57,750 bases of DNA. Origin: Christensenellaceae bacterium (lineage in GTDB: Bacteria; Bacillota; Clostridia; Christensenellales; Borkfalkiaceae). A model generated the notes under the pieces. It was not told where the DNA came from. It did not search any database and was given only the letters and a program-made list of their open reading frames with translations. The stretch is taken from the NCBI GenBank assembly GCA_045644505.1, contig JAZRGZ010000082.1:1-57750 (forward strand), in the 5' to 3' direction. Both the position numbers and the translations under genes were made by a program. Positions within the stretch are counted from its first letter, which is position 1. Every line of letters starts with the position of its first letter. Positions 1 through 8,876 of this stretch are shown in pieces.

Positions 1-37
1 CCAAGCGTGCACGTTAGACCACTCTGACATCTCTCCG
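1..37 (-). tRNA. possible 5' part of a class II tRNA (Ser, anticodon GGA?), cut by the window edge
   Basis: Reverse complement of 1-36 reads GGAGAGA-TG-TCA-GAGTGGTCTAA-CGT-G-CACGC-TTGG. This gives a Ser-like GGAGAG acceptor start, U8, A14, a G18G19 D-loop, a 5-nt anticodon stem and a loop starting UUGG. The rest lies outside the window. My hand fold gives a poor D-stem, so the call is tentative. Confidence 0.4.
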
Positions 38-145
38 TGTTCTAAACGTATAATAATTTACCATACTTTTTTCTTTTTTGCAAGTTAAATTCATATTTAT
101 TGAAATTTTTTTATACAAGTAATAAAATTTATTTAAAATACCATC

Positions 146-174
146 TTGACGATACGCTGATTATAATATATAAT
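146..174 (+). promoter_or_regulatory. putative sigma-A promoter for the 73-aa ORF
   Basis: TTGACG (146-151), 17-nt spacer, TATAAT (169-174); about 30 nt upstream of the RBS AGGAGGG. Confidence 0.45.
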
Positions 175-205
175 AGAAACATAAATATTTAGGAGGGTTT
201 TAGTT

Positions 206-427
206 ATGGCTAAAAGAGATTATTTCGGTTTGGATTATTTAGTGAGCGTTATTCTTGCTATTATTCCTGTTACTTCATGGTTGTTGGGTGCTATTACCCG
301 TTTGCAGGAAGGCAAACTTGTTGCTTTCGTTATTAGACTCGTTTTCGGGTTTACTCTCGTTTGGGTATTAGACCTTATTTCAATGATACTTTCTAAACGT
401 ATTTGCAGTTTTATGTTCTTAATCTAA
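206..427 (+). CDS. small hydrophobic membrane protein (73 aa), function unknown
   Basis: ATG preceded by AGGAGGG; two predicted hydrophobic helices; followed by a strong hairpin terminator. No family recognised. Confidence 0.55.
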   Translation: MAKRDYFGLDYLVSVILAIIPVTSWLLGAITRLQEGKLVAFVIRLVFGFTLVWVLDLISMILSKRICSFMFLI

Positions 428-443
428 AACGTAACACAATTAT

Positions 444-480
444 AAAGGTGGCTTTTAACTAAAAGCCACCTTTTTTATTT
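444..480. terminator. bidirectional rho-independent terminator
   Basis: AAAGGTGGCTTTT-aact-AAAAGCCACCTTT followed by a T-run, with an A-run on the other side. Sits between the convergent 73-aa ORF and maf. Confidence 0.8.
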
Positions 481-1032
481 TAAAAATTTATCTAAATATG
501 GTTTAATATCTTCTATTGGTAAACCTATAACGTTATTTAAACTTCCCCTATATTCCTTAACCAAATTAAAACCGTCTTGAATACCGTAACTACCTGCTTT
601 ATCTAACGGTAAACCTGTATTTACGTATTCGGTAATCAAATTATCAGTCAATTGGTTAAACGTAACCGACGTAGTAACGCTATTTACCATCTTTTGGTCT
701 TTTTTTATAATTGCGTAAGCAGTTATTACTTGGTGAGTTTTACCCGACAATTTTTTAAGCATATTTATCGCATCGGTTTTATTTTTAGGTTTGCCTAAAA
801 TTTCGCCCTCTAAACAAACAACGGTATCTGCGCCAAGCACGACTGCCCTTTGGTCTCTCAACTTATCGAAAACGTCTTGCGCTTTACTAAGCGCATAAAA
901 TTCAACAGTTTTTTTAGGAGTTTCTTTTTCGCCTATCTCGTCAAACGTTGACGGAATTACCGAAAATTCGTAACCGTATTTAGTTAAAATTTCTTTTCGT
1001 CTTGGCGAATTACTTGCTAAAATCAGTTTCAT
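475..1032 (-). CDS. maf: Maf-like nucleoside triphosphate pyrophosphatase (septum formation protein Maf)
   Basis: N-terminus MKLILASNSPRRKEIL, GADTVV and GKP motifs, length 185 aa; RBS AAGGGT. Confidence 0.9.
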   Translation of the reverse strand: MKLILASNSPRRKEILTKYGYEFSVIPSTFDEIGEKETPKKTVEFYALSKAQDVFDKLRDQRAVVLGADTVVCLEGEILGKPKNKTDAINMLKKLSGKTHQVITAYAIIKKDQKMVNSVTTSVTFNQLTDNLITEYVNTGLPLDKAGSYGIQDGFNLVKEYRGSLNNVIGLPIEDIKPYLDKFLK

Positions 1033-1130
1033 ACCCTTATTATATAACTTTTTTGAATTTTTTCAAATTAAATTTAGACAATTTTACATTTTAGCGTTAT
1101 AATAATCTAAAAATAAGGAAAGTTGTACAT

Positions 1131-1808
1131 ATGTTTAAGTATACACCCATAGCGCATATAAAAACCGATTTTAAAGAAAAATTCGGAATACCCCGCCAAA
1201 GCGGTAGGGTTAAAAATGCGATAGGAAAAATCATTTTCACCCCAGAATTTAATAACCCCGATTATATACGACGTATAGACGAATTTAATTATTTATGGTT
1301 AGTGTTTGATTTTTCGCTTGCGCATAAAAGTACGCCGTCAGCAACCGTCCGCCCACCCCGACTCGGTGGAAACGAAAGAGTAGGTGTTTTTGCAACGCGC
1401 GCCCCGTTTAGACCTAACCCCGTGGGGTTATCGTGCGTTAGGTTAGAAAGAGTAGAAAATACAGTAGACGGTATTTCTTTAATCGTTTCAGGCGTGGACT
1501 TATTAGACGGCACACCGATTATCGATATAAAGCCGTATATACCCTCCACCGACTGTCATAACGACGCTATCGGTGGATACGCTGAACAGTTTACAGATTA
1601 TAAATTAAAGGTCGATTTCCCCGAAGATTTATTATCGGTAGTTGCTCCCGACAAACGTGAAGTTTTGATTGACGTTTTATCGGAAGACCCTCGCCCGTCA
1701 TATCAGAACGACGATAGAAGTTACGGTTTAAGTTTTGACGTATACAATATTACCTTTACCGTTAAAGACGACACCCTTACAGTTTCTAGCGTGCAAATTA
1801 GAAAATAG
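1131..1808 (+). CDS. trmO: tRNA (m6t6A37) methyltransferase TrmO/TsaA (YaeB family)
   Basis: IGxIxTxFxxKFGIPRQ N-terminal signature, RPNPVGLS and DGTPIIDIKPY motifs typical of the TsaA/YaeB fold. Confidence 0.85.
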   Translation: MFKYTPIAHIKTDFKEKFGIPRQSGRVKNAIGKIIFTPEFNNPDYIRRIDEFNYLWLVFDFSLAHKSTPSATVRPPRLGGNERVGVFATRAPFRPNPVGLSCVRLERVENTVDGISLIVSGVDLLDGTPIIDIKPYIPSTDCHNDAIGGYAEQFTDYKLKVDFPEDLLSVVAPDKREVLIDVLSEDPRPSYQNDDRSYGLSFDVYNITFTVKDDTLTVSSVQIRK

Positions 1809-1815
1809 AATAAAT

Positions 1816-1857
1816 AAAGCCGAAACTCAATGAGGTTTTCGGCTTTATATTTTTTTA
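1816..1857. terminator. bidirectional rho-independent terminator
   Basis: AAAGCCGAAAC...GTTTTCGGCTTT hairpin followed by a T-run; lies between convergent genes. Confidence 0.75.
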
Positions 1858-1871
1858 AATTTTATTTGTTT

Positions 1872-2363
1872 TTATTTTTTTGAAAAGGCGCAGAGGCTAG
1901 TAAGTCCTGCGAGTGCAGAAGTTATTCCGCCTATAATCGAGCCGATTGCTAAACTGAAATTTTCTTTGAAAAGAAGTGTAATTTCAGGTAATACCACAAA
2001 AGACGGTGCTAAGAAAAACAACACAGCCGAAGCAATAAACGCGCCTGCTGAAATGAATGCAAACAATTTGTTTCCGTTATCTAAATAACTGAGAGTCGAG
2101 AAAACTACGCCACCAAGCGCTAACAAGTACGGTAAAAGACTCATAATAGAGAATTCTAAAACCGACATTTTGACTAAACTTCCTTCGGTTAAGCCAAAAG
2201 ACGTTTGCAAGCCCGTATAACCAGTCACGTTTTCTAGTTTTTCTACGCCTTTAATAGCCGAATAGTTTACTGCCGTTAAAAATATCATAACGACTGATAC
2301 TAAACCTAAAACCGCCGATAAAAGGGGTAAATAATTTTTCTTTTGCTGTTTCTTTTTTGCCAT
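1872..2363 (-). CDS. multi-pass membrane protein, function unknown (163 aa)
   Basis: Lys-rich N-terminus followed by about 4 hydrophobic segments; good RBS (AAAGGAG). Confidence 0.55.
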   Translation of the reverse strand: MAKKKQQKKNYLPLLSAVLGLVSVVMIFLTAVNYSAIKGVEKLENVTGYTGLQTSFGLTEGSLVKMSVLEFSIMSLLPYLLALGGVVFSTLSYLDNGNKLFAFISAGAFIASAVLFFLAPSFVVLPEITLLFKENFSLAIGSIIGGITSALAGLTSLCAFSKK

Positions 2364-2462
2364 AACAATACTCCTTTAATTAATGGTTTTTTATATATCT
2401 ATGCCTAGATATATTTTATCTAATTATATAATACAGTCGACGACTTGTCAATATCAAAATTT

Positions 2463-2494
2463 AAAAGAGCAATCTTTGTTTTGATTGCTCTTTT
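2463..2494 (-). terminator. rho-independent terminator downstream of glnA
   Basis: AAAAGAGCAATC...GATTGCTCTTTT hairpin immediately 3' of the glnA stop codon. Confidence 0.7.
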
Positions 2495-2500
2495 AAGGTT

Positions 2501-4603
2501 TTAATATTTAACGCTATATAAAATATCTTCGTAATTTGGATATGGCTGGAAGTCTTTTCCTATTAAAAGTTCCATAGCATCCGCGCAATTTCTCAAATCC
2601 GCCATATCTTTAAGAATAATGCTTTCACAATACTTTGCCTTTTTGAGATTGTCCCAGTTAGTGTTGAAACCATCTGTATCTTTTCTTAAAGCGTCTAAAC
2701 TTACCGCGAATTTGTCTGAGAGCGCCGATAATTTACTTATAATACTTTCTTCTAATTTGGTAGAAAGTTTTTCGCTAAATTGTTTCTTTTTATTGAGTTC
2801 TGCCAAAATAAATTTCTCGTATTTGATAACTGCCGGAGCAATTTCTTTGCTTGCCATATCTATTGCTGTAAGCGCTTCAATAATAACGATATTTACGTAA
2901 TTTTCAAGCAAAATTTCCATTCTGGAAATAACTTCGCTACTAGATAAAACTTTATGTTTTTCAAAGAGCTCGATATTTTTCTTTTCGGCGTAACGAGGCA
3001 ATGCCTGAACGGTTGTTTTTAAATTAGAAAGTCCGCGTTTTTTTGCCTCTTTTCCCCACTCTACCGAATAATTGTTGCCAGAGAAAATTATACGTTTATG
3101 ATTTTTAACGGTTTGCTTTAACAGTTTTTCAAGTGCGGTGTTAAAGTCGTCAGCCTTTTCGAGTTCGTCGGCGAATTTTGACAATTCCTCAGCGACGATA
3201 GTGTTTAATATAAAGTTAGGACAAGCAATATTAGCCGAAGAACCTACCATTCTGAACTCGAACTTGTTACCGGTAAACGCAAACGGAGAAGTTCTGTTCC
3301 TGTCGGTTGAGTCCTTCTTTATGGTAGGAAGCACCGAAACACCGATTTTTAGATTTCCCATATCTTTTGCGCTATACTTTGTACCATTTTCAATTGCACC
3401 GAGAATAGCATCGAATTCTTCGCCAAGGTATATGGATATAATCGCGGGAGGCGCTTCGTCTGCGCCAAGTCTGTGGTCGTTACCCGCAGAAGCTACGCTA
3501 ATTCTAAGCAAATCTTGATATTCGTCCACGCCTTTTATTACAGCCAGCAAGAAAAGTAAGAACTGTGCGTTTTCCATAGGCGTGTCACCCGGTTCAAGCA
3601 AGTTTTCGCCCAAATCGGTTGATAATGACCAGTTGTTGTGCTTACCGCTACCGTTAACCGATTCAAACGGTTTCTCGTGAAGTAAGCATACTAAACCGTG
3701 ACGGTTAGCAACGCGTTTCATTATTTCCATGGTCATCTGATTTTGGTCGGTAGAAACGTTTGCTGACGTGTACACTGATGCAAGCTCGTGTTGAGCGGGC
3801 GCTACTTCGTTGTGTTCGGTTTTAGCGTACACACCGAGTTTCCAAAGTTCAGAATCCAACTCTTTCATAAACGACGCAACTCTTTCTTTGATAGCACCGT
3901 AATAGTGGTCTTCTAATTCCTGTCCCTTAGACGGACGAGCGCCAAACAACGTTCTTCCGCAATGTATAAGGTCTAAACGTTTTTCGTACACGTTTTTGTC
4001 TATAAGGAAATATTCCTGTTCTGCGCCTGCGGTAGGAGTAACCTTTTTAACGTTGTCTTTTCCGAACAACTTTAATACCCTTAACGCCTCTTTATTAAGC
4101 GCTTCCATAGAACGGAGTAAAGGTGTCTTTTTGTCAAGAGCCTCACCACCATAAGAACAATACGCAGTGGGAATATACAAACTGCCGTCTTTTACGAAAG
4201 CGTATGACGTGGGGTCCCACGCAGTATAACCACGCGCTTCAAAAGTTGCGCGAAGTCCACCCGACGGAAAGCTGGACGCGTCCGACTCTCCACGTACCAA
4301 AGAATTTTCAGAGAATTTCATTATAACGTCGCCGTTACCCGACGGTTCGATAAAACTGTTATGTTTTTCTGCGGTAATGCCTGTCATCGGTTGGAACCAA
4401 TGCGTAAAATGAGTAGCGCCTTTTTCTATCGCCCACTCTTTCATAACGTTTGCAACCGTCTTCGCGTCTTTTGACGAAAGCGGTGCCACTCCTTCCATCG
4501 CGTTACAAACTGCTTCGTACGCGTCTTTGGGAAGACGCTCTTTCATTACCTTGTCGTTAAACACCATTGAACCGAAAATTTCCGGTATGTTGACTTTTTC
4601 CAT
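2501..4603 (-). CDS. glnA: glutamine synthetase, type III (GSIII)
   Basis: About 700 aa, the length class of GSIII. N-terminal IPEIFGSxVFNDKVMKERLPK block, central catalytic region (NGSGKHNNWS, HRLGANEAPP-like HRLGADEAPPAI). I prefer the ATG at 4603 (MEKVNIPE) over the TTG at 4615 used in the ORF track. Confidence 0.9.
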   Translation of the reverse strand: MEKVNIPEIFGSMVFNDKVMKERLPKDAYEAVCNAMEGVAPLSSKDAKTVANVMKEWAIEKGATHFTHWFQPMTGITAEKHNSFIEPSGNGDVIMKFSENSLVRGESDASSFPSGGLRATFEARGYTAWDPTSYAFVKDGSLYIPTAYCSYGGEALDKKTPLLRSMEALNKEALRVLKLFGKDNVKKVTPTAGAEQEYFLIDKNVYEKRLDLIHCGRTLFGARPSKGQELEDHYYGAIKERVASFMKELDSELWKLGVYAKTEHNEVAPAQHELASVYTSANVSTDQNQMTMEIMKRVANRHGLVCLLHEKPFESVNGSGKHNNWSLSTDLGENLLEPGDTPMENAQFLLFLLAVIKGVDEYQDLLRISVASAGNDHRLGADEAPPAIISIYLGEEFDAILGAIENGTKYSAKDMGNLKIGVSVLPTIKKDSTDRNRTSPFAFTGNKFEFRMVGSSANIACPNFILNTIVAEELSKFADELEKADDFNTALEKLLKQTVKNHKRIIFSGNNYSVEWGKEAKKRGLSNLKTTVQALPRYAEKKNIELFEKHKVLSSSEVISRMEILLENYVNIVIIEALTAIDMASKEIAPAVIKYEKFILAELNKKKQFSEKLSTKLEESIISKLSALSDKFAVSLDALRKDTDGFNTNWDNLKKAKYCESIILKDMADLRNCADAMELLIGKDFQPYPNYEDILYSVKY

Positions 4604-4632
4604 CTGTACACCCAAATTTTAATCTTTTTTAG

Positions 4633-4661
4633 ATTTTATCAAATTAAACGCGCCTTGTCAA
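4633..4661 (-). promoter_or_regulatory. putative sigma-A promoter of glnA
   Basis: On the minus strand: TTGACA (4661-4656), 17-nt spacer, TAAAAT (4638-4633). Confidence 0.5.
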
Positions 4662-4745
4662 TAATTTATCACCGTTTGTAACTTTAATAAAGTATATATG
4701 TTAAAAATTTAATCTTATATAATGCTATTTTTTTATCACGAATAA

Positions 4746-4774
4746 TTGACAACGTTAACATAAAAATTTATAAT
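4746..4774 (+). promoter_or_regulatory. consensus sigma-A promoter of the GMP synthase gene
   Basis: TTGACA (4746-4751), exactly 17 nt, TATAAT (4769-4774); about 30 nt upstream of RBS GGAGGA (4803-4808). Confidence 0.6.
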
Positions 4775-4814
4775 AATATCAATGAATTATTTACCACACT
4801 TCGGAGGAAATTAA

Positions 4815-5795
4815 ATGTTACCTAACGTTAGACCCGAAAACATGCAGAGAATTACTACAATCGAACTTGCTAACGCTTTTATAGACGAACAAGTAAAAGA
4901 AATTAGAGAGCAAGTAAAAGACAAAAAAGTTTTACTAGCACTATCTGGCGGTGTAGACTCATCAGTAGTCGCTGCTCTATTAATTAAGGCTATTGGCAAA
5001 CAACTCGTTTGCGTACACGTTAACCACGGCTTAATGAGAAAAGGAGAAAGCGAACAAGTTGTTGAAGTTTTCGGAAAAGAACTCGATGCTAACCTTATCT
5101 ACGTTGACGCTACCGACCGTTTCCTTGATTTACTAAAAGGTGTTTCAGCACCCGAACAAAAAAGGAAAATCATCGGCGGTGAGTTCATTAAAGTATTCGA
5201 CGAGGAGGCGTCTAAATTAAAAGGCATTTCTTTCCTTGCGCAAGGGACAATCTACCCCGATATCATTGAAAGCGACAGCGTAAAAGCCCACCACAACGTT
5301 GGCGGTCTTCCGGAAGATATGCAGTTTGAACTAGTTGAACCCGTTAGACTTTTATATAAAGACGAAGTAAGAGTAGTAGGCTCAGCCTTAGGTTTACCTG
5401 ACAATATGGTATACCGTCAACCTTTCCCCGGTCCCGGTCTTGGCGTTAGATGTTTAGGCGCTATCACACGTGACAGACTACACGCTTTACGCGAAGCCGA
5501 CGCTATTTTAAGAGAAGAGTTTGAAATTAACGGTTTAGCAGGCAAAGTTTGGCAATATTTTATCGCCGTTCCCGATATGAAAAGCGTAGGCGTTAAAAAC
5601 GACAAACGTTACGAAGGCTGGCCCGCAATTATCAGAGCGGTTAACACCGTTGACGCTATGACCGCTACCATTGAAGAAATTCCTTACGCTTTATTGCATA
5701 AGATTACTGATAGAATTACCAAAGAAGTAGACGGTATCAATAGAGTATTATTAGACCTAACACCCAAGCCCATCGGCACAATCGAGTGGGAATAA
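4815..5795 (+). CDS. guaA: GMP synthase, ATP-pyrophosphatase plus dimerisation domains only (no glutamine amidotransferase domain)
   Basis: PP-loop LALSGGVDSSV about 45 aa from the start, GGLPE, and the GuaA-typical C-terminus PxGTIEWE. At 326 aa it matches the synthetase half of the usual fused enzyme (about 515 aa). The start is supported by GGAGGA plus a 6-nt spacer. Confidence 0.9.
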   Translation: MLPNVRPENMQRITTIELANAFIDEQVKEIREQVKDKKVLLALSGGVDSSVVAALLIKAIGKQLVCVHVNHGLMRKGESEQVVEVFGKELDANLIYVDATDRFLDLLKGVSAPEQKRKIIGGEFIKVFDEEASKLKGISFLAQGTIYPDIIESDSVKAHHNVGGLPEDMQFELVEPVRLLYKDEVRVVGSALGLPDNMVYRQPFPGPGLGVRCLGAITRDRLHALREADAILREEFEINGLAGKVWQYFIAVPDMKSVGVKNDKRYEGWPAIIRAVNTVDAMTATIEEIPYALLHKITDRITKEVDGINRVLLDLTPKPIGTIEWE

Positions 5796-5810
5796 AATTA
5801 AAAAAAGAAA

Positions 5811-5846
5811 ACAACGGCATGCAAATACGCTTGCCGTTTATTTTTT
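5811..5846 (+). terminator. rho-independent terminator after guaA
   Basis: AACGGCA...TGCCGTT hairpin followed by TATTTTTT. Confidence 0.7.
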
Positions 5847-5882
5847 GAAAAACTAATTTTTATAAAACTTAATAAATTATGC

Positions 5883-5911
5883 TTGACAAGTTTAATACTT
5901 CGTGATACGAT
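5883..5911 (+). promoter_or_regulatory. putative promoter of the padR operon
   Basis: TTGACA (5883-5888), 17 nt, TACGAT (5906-5911). Confidence 0.5.
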
Positions 5912-5915
5912 GTAT
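5895..5915. promoter_or_regulatory. candidate PadR operator (9-3-9 inverted repeat overlapping the -10 box)
   Basis: ATACTTCGT-gat-ACGATGTAT; 8 of 9 positions are self-complementary. It overlaps the -10 hexamer, which fits autorepression. Confidence 0.3.
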
Positions 5916-5935
5916 TATATTAAAAGAGGTATAAG

Positions 5936-6262
5936 ATGGACGTTCAATTAAAAAAAGGATTACTCGACGTTTGTGTTTTGACTGCAATCAAGACGGAAGA
6001 ATCGTACGGGTATAAGATTATCAAAGACGTAAAACCGTATATGGATATGTCGGAATCTACTCTATACACAATATTAAAGAGATTGGAACTTTCTAAATTT
6101 CTTACGGTTAAGTCGGTTGAGCACGACGGCAGGCTTAGGAAATATTATCGCATTACTGATTTAGGATTAAAGCGCTTAGAGGAATTCAAAACAGAATGGC
6201 GTGAAGTTATGTGCATATATCAATTCGTTGCAGGAGGAGATACCGATAATGAACAAATATGA
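5936..6262 (+). CDS. PadR family transcriptional regulator
   Basis: 108 aa. Winged-helix block LLDVCVLTAIKTEESYGYKIIKDV...LYTILKRLE...GRLRKYYRITDLG is the PadR signature. RBS AAGAGGT. Confidence 0.85.
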   Translation: MDVQLKKGLLDVCVLTAIKTEESYGYKIIKDVKPYMDMSESTLYTILKRLELSKFLTVKSVEHDGRLRKYYRITDLGLKRLEEFKTEWREVMCIYQFVAGGDTDNEQI

Positions 6263-6851
6263 GTTTTTATATAAATTAGAACGCAAGTTGTCAGGTTTAC
6301 CTAAAAAGGAAGTTAACGAACGTCTTGCCTTTTATACCGAGATGATTGACGACCTTATAGAAGAAGGCTTAACTGAAAGTGACGCCTTAAATAAAATCGG
6401 TAGCGTAGAAGATATTGCCAGACAAATTACCGAAGAAATTCCGCTTGGTAAAATCATAATCGATAAAGTTACACCTAAAAGAAAACTTACGGCTTGGGAA
6501 ATTGTATTATTAGTAGTCGGCTCACCCATTTGGTTTTCCTTACTTATTTCCTTGCTTGCCGTTATTTTTTCAGTATACGTAAGTATTTGGGCAGTGGTCG
6601 TATCGTGTTGGTCGGTATTCGTTTCGTTAGCCGTAACGTCGCCGGTAATGCTCGTTTACTTTGTAGTTTTATTGTTTGGCGCAAATTTACCAACGGCAAT
6701 CGCTTCACTTTCTATTTGTGTCGTTGCGTTTGGACTAAGCTTGTTGCTTTTCGTGTTGTGTAAACTTTTAACAAAAACGATTGCTAAACTTACCGTAGTC
6801 ATTTTAAGGACTATTAAAAGTGCGTTTATTAAAAAGGATGATAGATTATGA
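6249..6851 (+). CDS. DUF1700 (HAAS-type) membrane protein, the usual PadR partner
   Basis: MNKYEFLYKLERKLSGLPKKEVNERLAFYTEMIDD N-terminal domain, followed by about 4 TM helices. I prefer the ATG at 6249 behind GGAGGAG (6235-6241) over the 6201 start in the ORF track. Overlaps the padR stop by 14 nt. Confidence 0.7.
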   Translation: MNKYEFLYKLERKLSGLPKKEVNERLAFYTEMIDDLIEEGLTESDALNKIGSVEDIARQITEEIPLGKIIIDKVTPKRKLTAWEIVLLVVGSPIWFSLLISLLAVIFSVYVSIWAVVVSCWSVFVSLAVTSPVMLVYFVVLLFGANLPTAIASLSICVVAFGLSLLLFVLCKLLTKTIAKLTVVILRTIKSAFIKKDDRL

Positions 6852-7951
6852 ATAGATTTCCCAAATTAGAAGTAAACTTAGATGCTATAAAACAAAATTC
6901 TTTCGCCGTTTGTTCAAAGTGTAATAGATACGACATAGACATTGCGGGCGTAATAAAATTTTCCGACGCCGACGTTAAAATTGCAAAAGCATATTTAGAT
7001 GGTGGTTGCAGTCAAATTGGCGTTTCTCGGGCAAGCCATCTAAAAAAACTAAAAAATGCACTGCCCACCGTAAAGACGTTACTTCTTCGTGCGCCTATGA
7101 ACTCTGAACTAAGCACTGTCGTAAATTACGCCGATTTAAGCTTGCACTCTGATATAGACATACTTCGTAAACTTAATAAAACTGCAAAAATTCTTAATAA
7201 AAAGTCTCACGTAATTTTAATGCTAGACGTAGGCGATTTAAGAGAAGGGGTAGAAACGGTTGACGAACTAGTCGACCTTGCTAATAAGGTTGAGTTAGAT
7301 ATGAAAAATCTTCAACTTGACGGTATAGGCACGGGTTTTGCATGTTTATCGGGTGTTCTTCCTGATAAGGAAAAGTTAGAGTTTTTAGTTTCTGCAAAGC
7401 GAAAAGTTGAAGAAAAAATCGGTAGAAAGTTACCAATTCTTTCGGCTGGTAGTAGTATTAATATGCTTATGCTTAAAGACGGCACTAATCTTATGCCTAA
7501 GGAAATTAACCATTTAAGAATTGGTGGTTTTATCGCTAATCCTATTAATATGAAAATTAACCGTGGTGTTTTTTTCGACGGTATGAGAGAAGACAGCGTT
7601 ACTTTATCAGCTGAAATTATAGAAATAAGGGAAAAGAATTCTGCACCTAAGAATTCCTCTACTAAAAACTGGTCGGGTGAAACTATTTGTATCGTAGACA
7701 AAGGTCGAAGAATTAGAGCTATTTTGGCAATAGGTAGCCAAGATATAGGCAACTATTCTAACTTAATCCCCATAGACGACGGAATAGAATTAGTTGGTGG
7801 CAGTAGCGACCACACCGTAATAGACGTAACCGACTGTAAAATATCGTATAAATCAGGTGACGTAATTACTTTTAAGGTAAGATACCCTGCTATGTTATAT
7901 TCTTTTTCTGGAAAACACGTAAAAATTAAGTACGTAAACGACGAAAAATGA
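6848..7951 (+). CDS. PLP-dependent amino-acid racemase, alanine-racemase fold (ornithine/lysine racemase-like, COG3457/YhfX type)
   Basis: PKLEVNLDAIKQN start, candidate PLP-Lys in GVIKF, MLDVGDLREG block, and a C-terminal beta domain. ATGA overlap with the upstream gene's stop. Confidence 0.65.
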   Translation: MNRFPKLEVNLDAIKQNSFAVCSKCNRYDIDIAGVIKFSDADVKIAKAYLDGGCSQIGVSRASHLKKLKNALPTVKTLLLRAPMNSELSTVVNYADLSLHSDIDILRKLNKTAKILNKKSHVILMLDVGDLREGVETVDELVDLANKVELDMKNLQLDGIGTGFACLSGVLPDKEKLEFLVSAKRKVEEKIGRKLPILSAGSSINMLMLKDGTNLMPKEINHLRIGGFIANPINMKINRGVFFDGMREDSVTLSAEIIEIREKNSAPKNSSTKNWSGETICIVDKGRRIRAILAIGSQDIGNYSNLIPIDDGIELVGGSSDHTVIDVTDCKISYKSGDVITFKVRYPAMLYSFSGKHVKIKYVNDEK

Positions 7952-7961
7952 GGAGATTAAA

Positions 7962-8870
7962 ATGAATAAAAGCACTAAGATTCTTTTGAAACTGGGTATT
8001 ATTTTTACCGTTTTAGGTTTAGGATTATTTGTATTTGCATTTTCTATGGCAGACTGGAATTTTGAAAACCTAAGCACGACTAAATATCAAGAAAACCAAC
8101 ATGAAATTATCCAAGAGTTTGAAAAAATTTCAATTAATATAGACACCGCTGATGTAAATTTTGAAATTTCTAACGACAAAACGGCAAAAGTCGTTTGTTT
8201 TGAAAGGGAAAGCCAACCGCATACCGTTTCGGTTGCCAACCAAACACTTTGCATTAATTACGATGAACAACCTTGGTATTCTAACATAACCCTATTTTCG
8301 TTTAAGTCGCCTAAAATTACTGTATATCTTCCGCAAAAAGCGTACAGTGAACTATTGGTCGTTGCCAGTACTGCCGACGTTAGAATAACAAAAGAGTTTA
8401 CCTTTAACAATATTTCAGTTACCACAAGCACTGGCGACATAACGCTGAGCAATATAACAACAGTAGACACAAATTTAACCGTTAGCACAGGGGAAGTTAA
8501 ACTAAATAAAATAAACTGCAAAAACGACCTTAAAATTGCTGTTTCTACGGGCGATACTGAAATTTACGACTCACAATGCGGTAACTTGATTTCTAGTGGT
8601 AGCACCGGGGATTTAGACCTAATTAACGTTATTGCATCGGGAAAGTTTACTATTGAAAGAAGCACGGGCGACGTTGAAATTGAAGCGTCCGACGCGAGTG
8701 AAATAGCCATCATGACCGATACCGGGGACGTTACCGCCACACTACTTTCCAGCAAAATTTTCTCAATTTTTACCGATACGGGAAGAATAAACGTACCGAT
8801 AAGTTTAGAGGGCGGTTTATGTCAAGTAACTACCGATACAGGCGATATTAAAATCAGTATTAAAAATTAA
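7962..8870 (+). CDS. DUF4097 (Toastrack/putative adhesin) beta-repeat protein with an N-terminal TM anchor
   Basis: One N-terminal TM segment, then at least 8 copies of the (S/T)(T/D)TGD(V/I)x(I/L) rung motif (TSTGDITL, VSTGEVKL, VSTGDTEI, GSTGDLDL, RSTGDVEI, TDTGDVTA, TDTGRINV, TDTGDIKI). RBS GAGGAG. Confidence 0.75.
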   Translation: MNKSTKILLKLGIIFTVLGLGLFVFAFSMADWNFENLSTTKYQENQHEIIQEFEKISINIDTADVNFEISNDKTAKVVCFERESQPHTVSVANQTLCINYDEQPWYSNITLFSFKSPKITVYLPQKAYSELLVVASTADVRITKEFTFNNISVTTSTGDITLSNITTVDTNLTVSTGEVKLNKINCKNDLKIAVSTGDTEIYDSQCGNLISSGSTGDLDLINVIASGKFTIERSTGDVEIEASDASEIAIMTDTGDVTATLLSSKIFSIFTDTGRINVPISLEGGLCQVTTDTGDIKISIKN

Positions 8871-8876
8871 CTTTAT

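Noticed and set aside
4616-4814. Possible purine riboswitch (guaA leader) or glutamine/glnA RNA motif in the divergent intergenic region. Likewise a preQ1 riboswitch near queH and T-box leaders elsewhere.
   Set aside because: After the promoters are placed, the leaders are only about 30-40 nt and AT-rich. I could not find conserved riboswitch cores or specifier/antiterminator structures. No intergenic region in the window is long enough for a T-box.
6201-6248. N-terminal extensions proposed by the ORF track. Affected ORF-track starts: 6201, 4615, 9388, 23419, 29360, 29439, 32157, 32771, 46965, 54425, 56299.
   Set aside because: In each case a downstream ATG is preceded by a much better Shine-Dalgarno sequence at 5-9 nt. 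The shorter protein also matches the usual family N-terminus. The extensions run through upstream genes, terminators or promoters.
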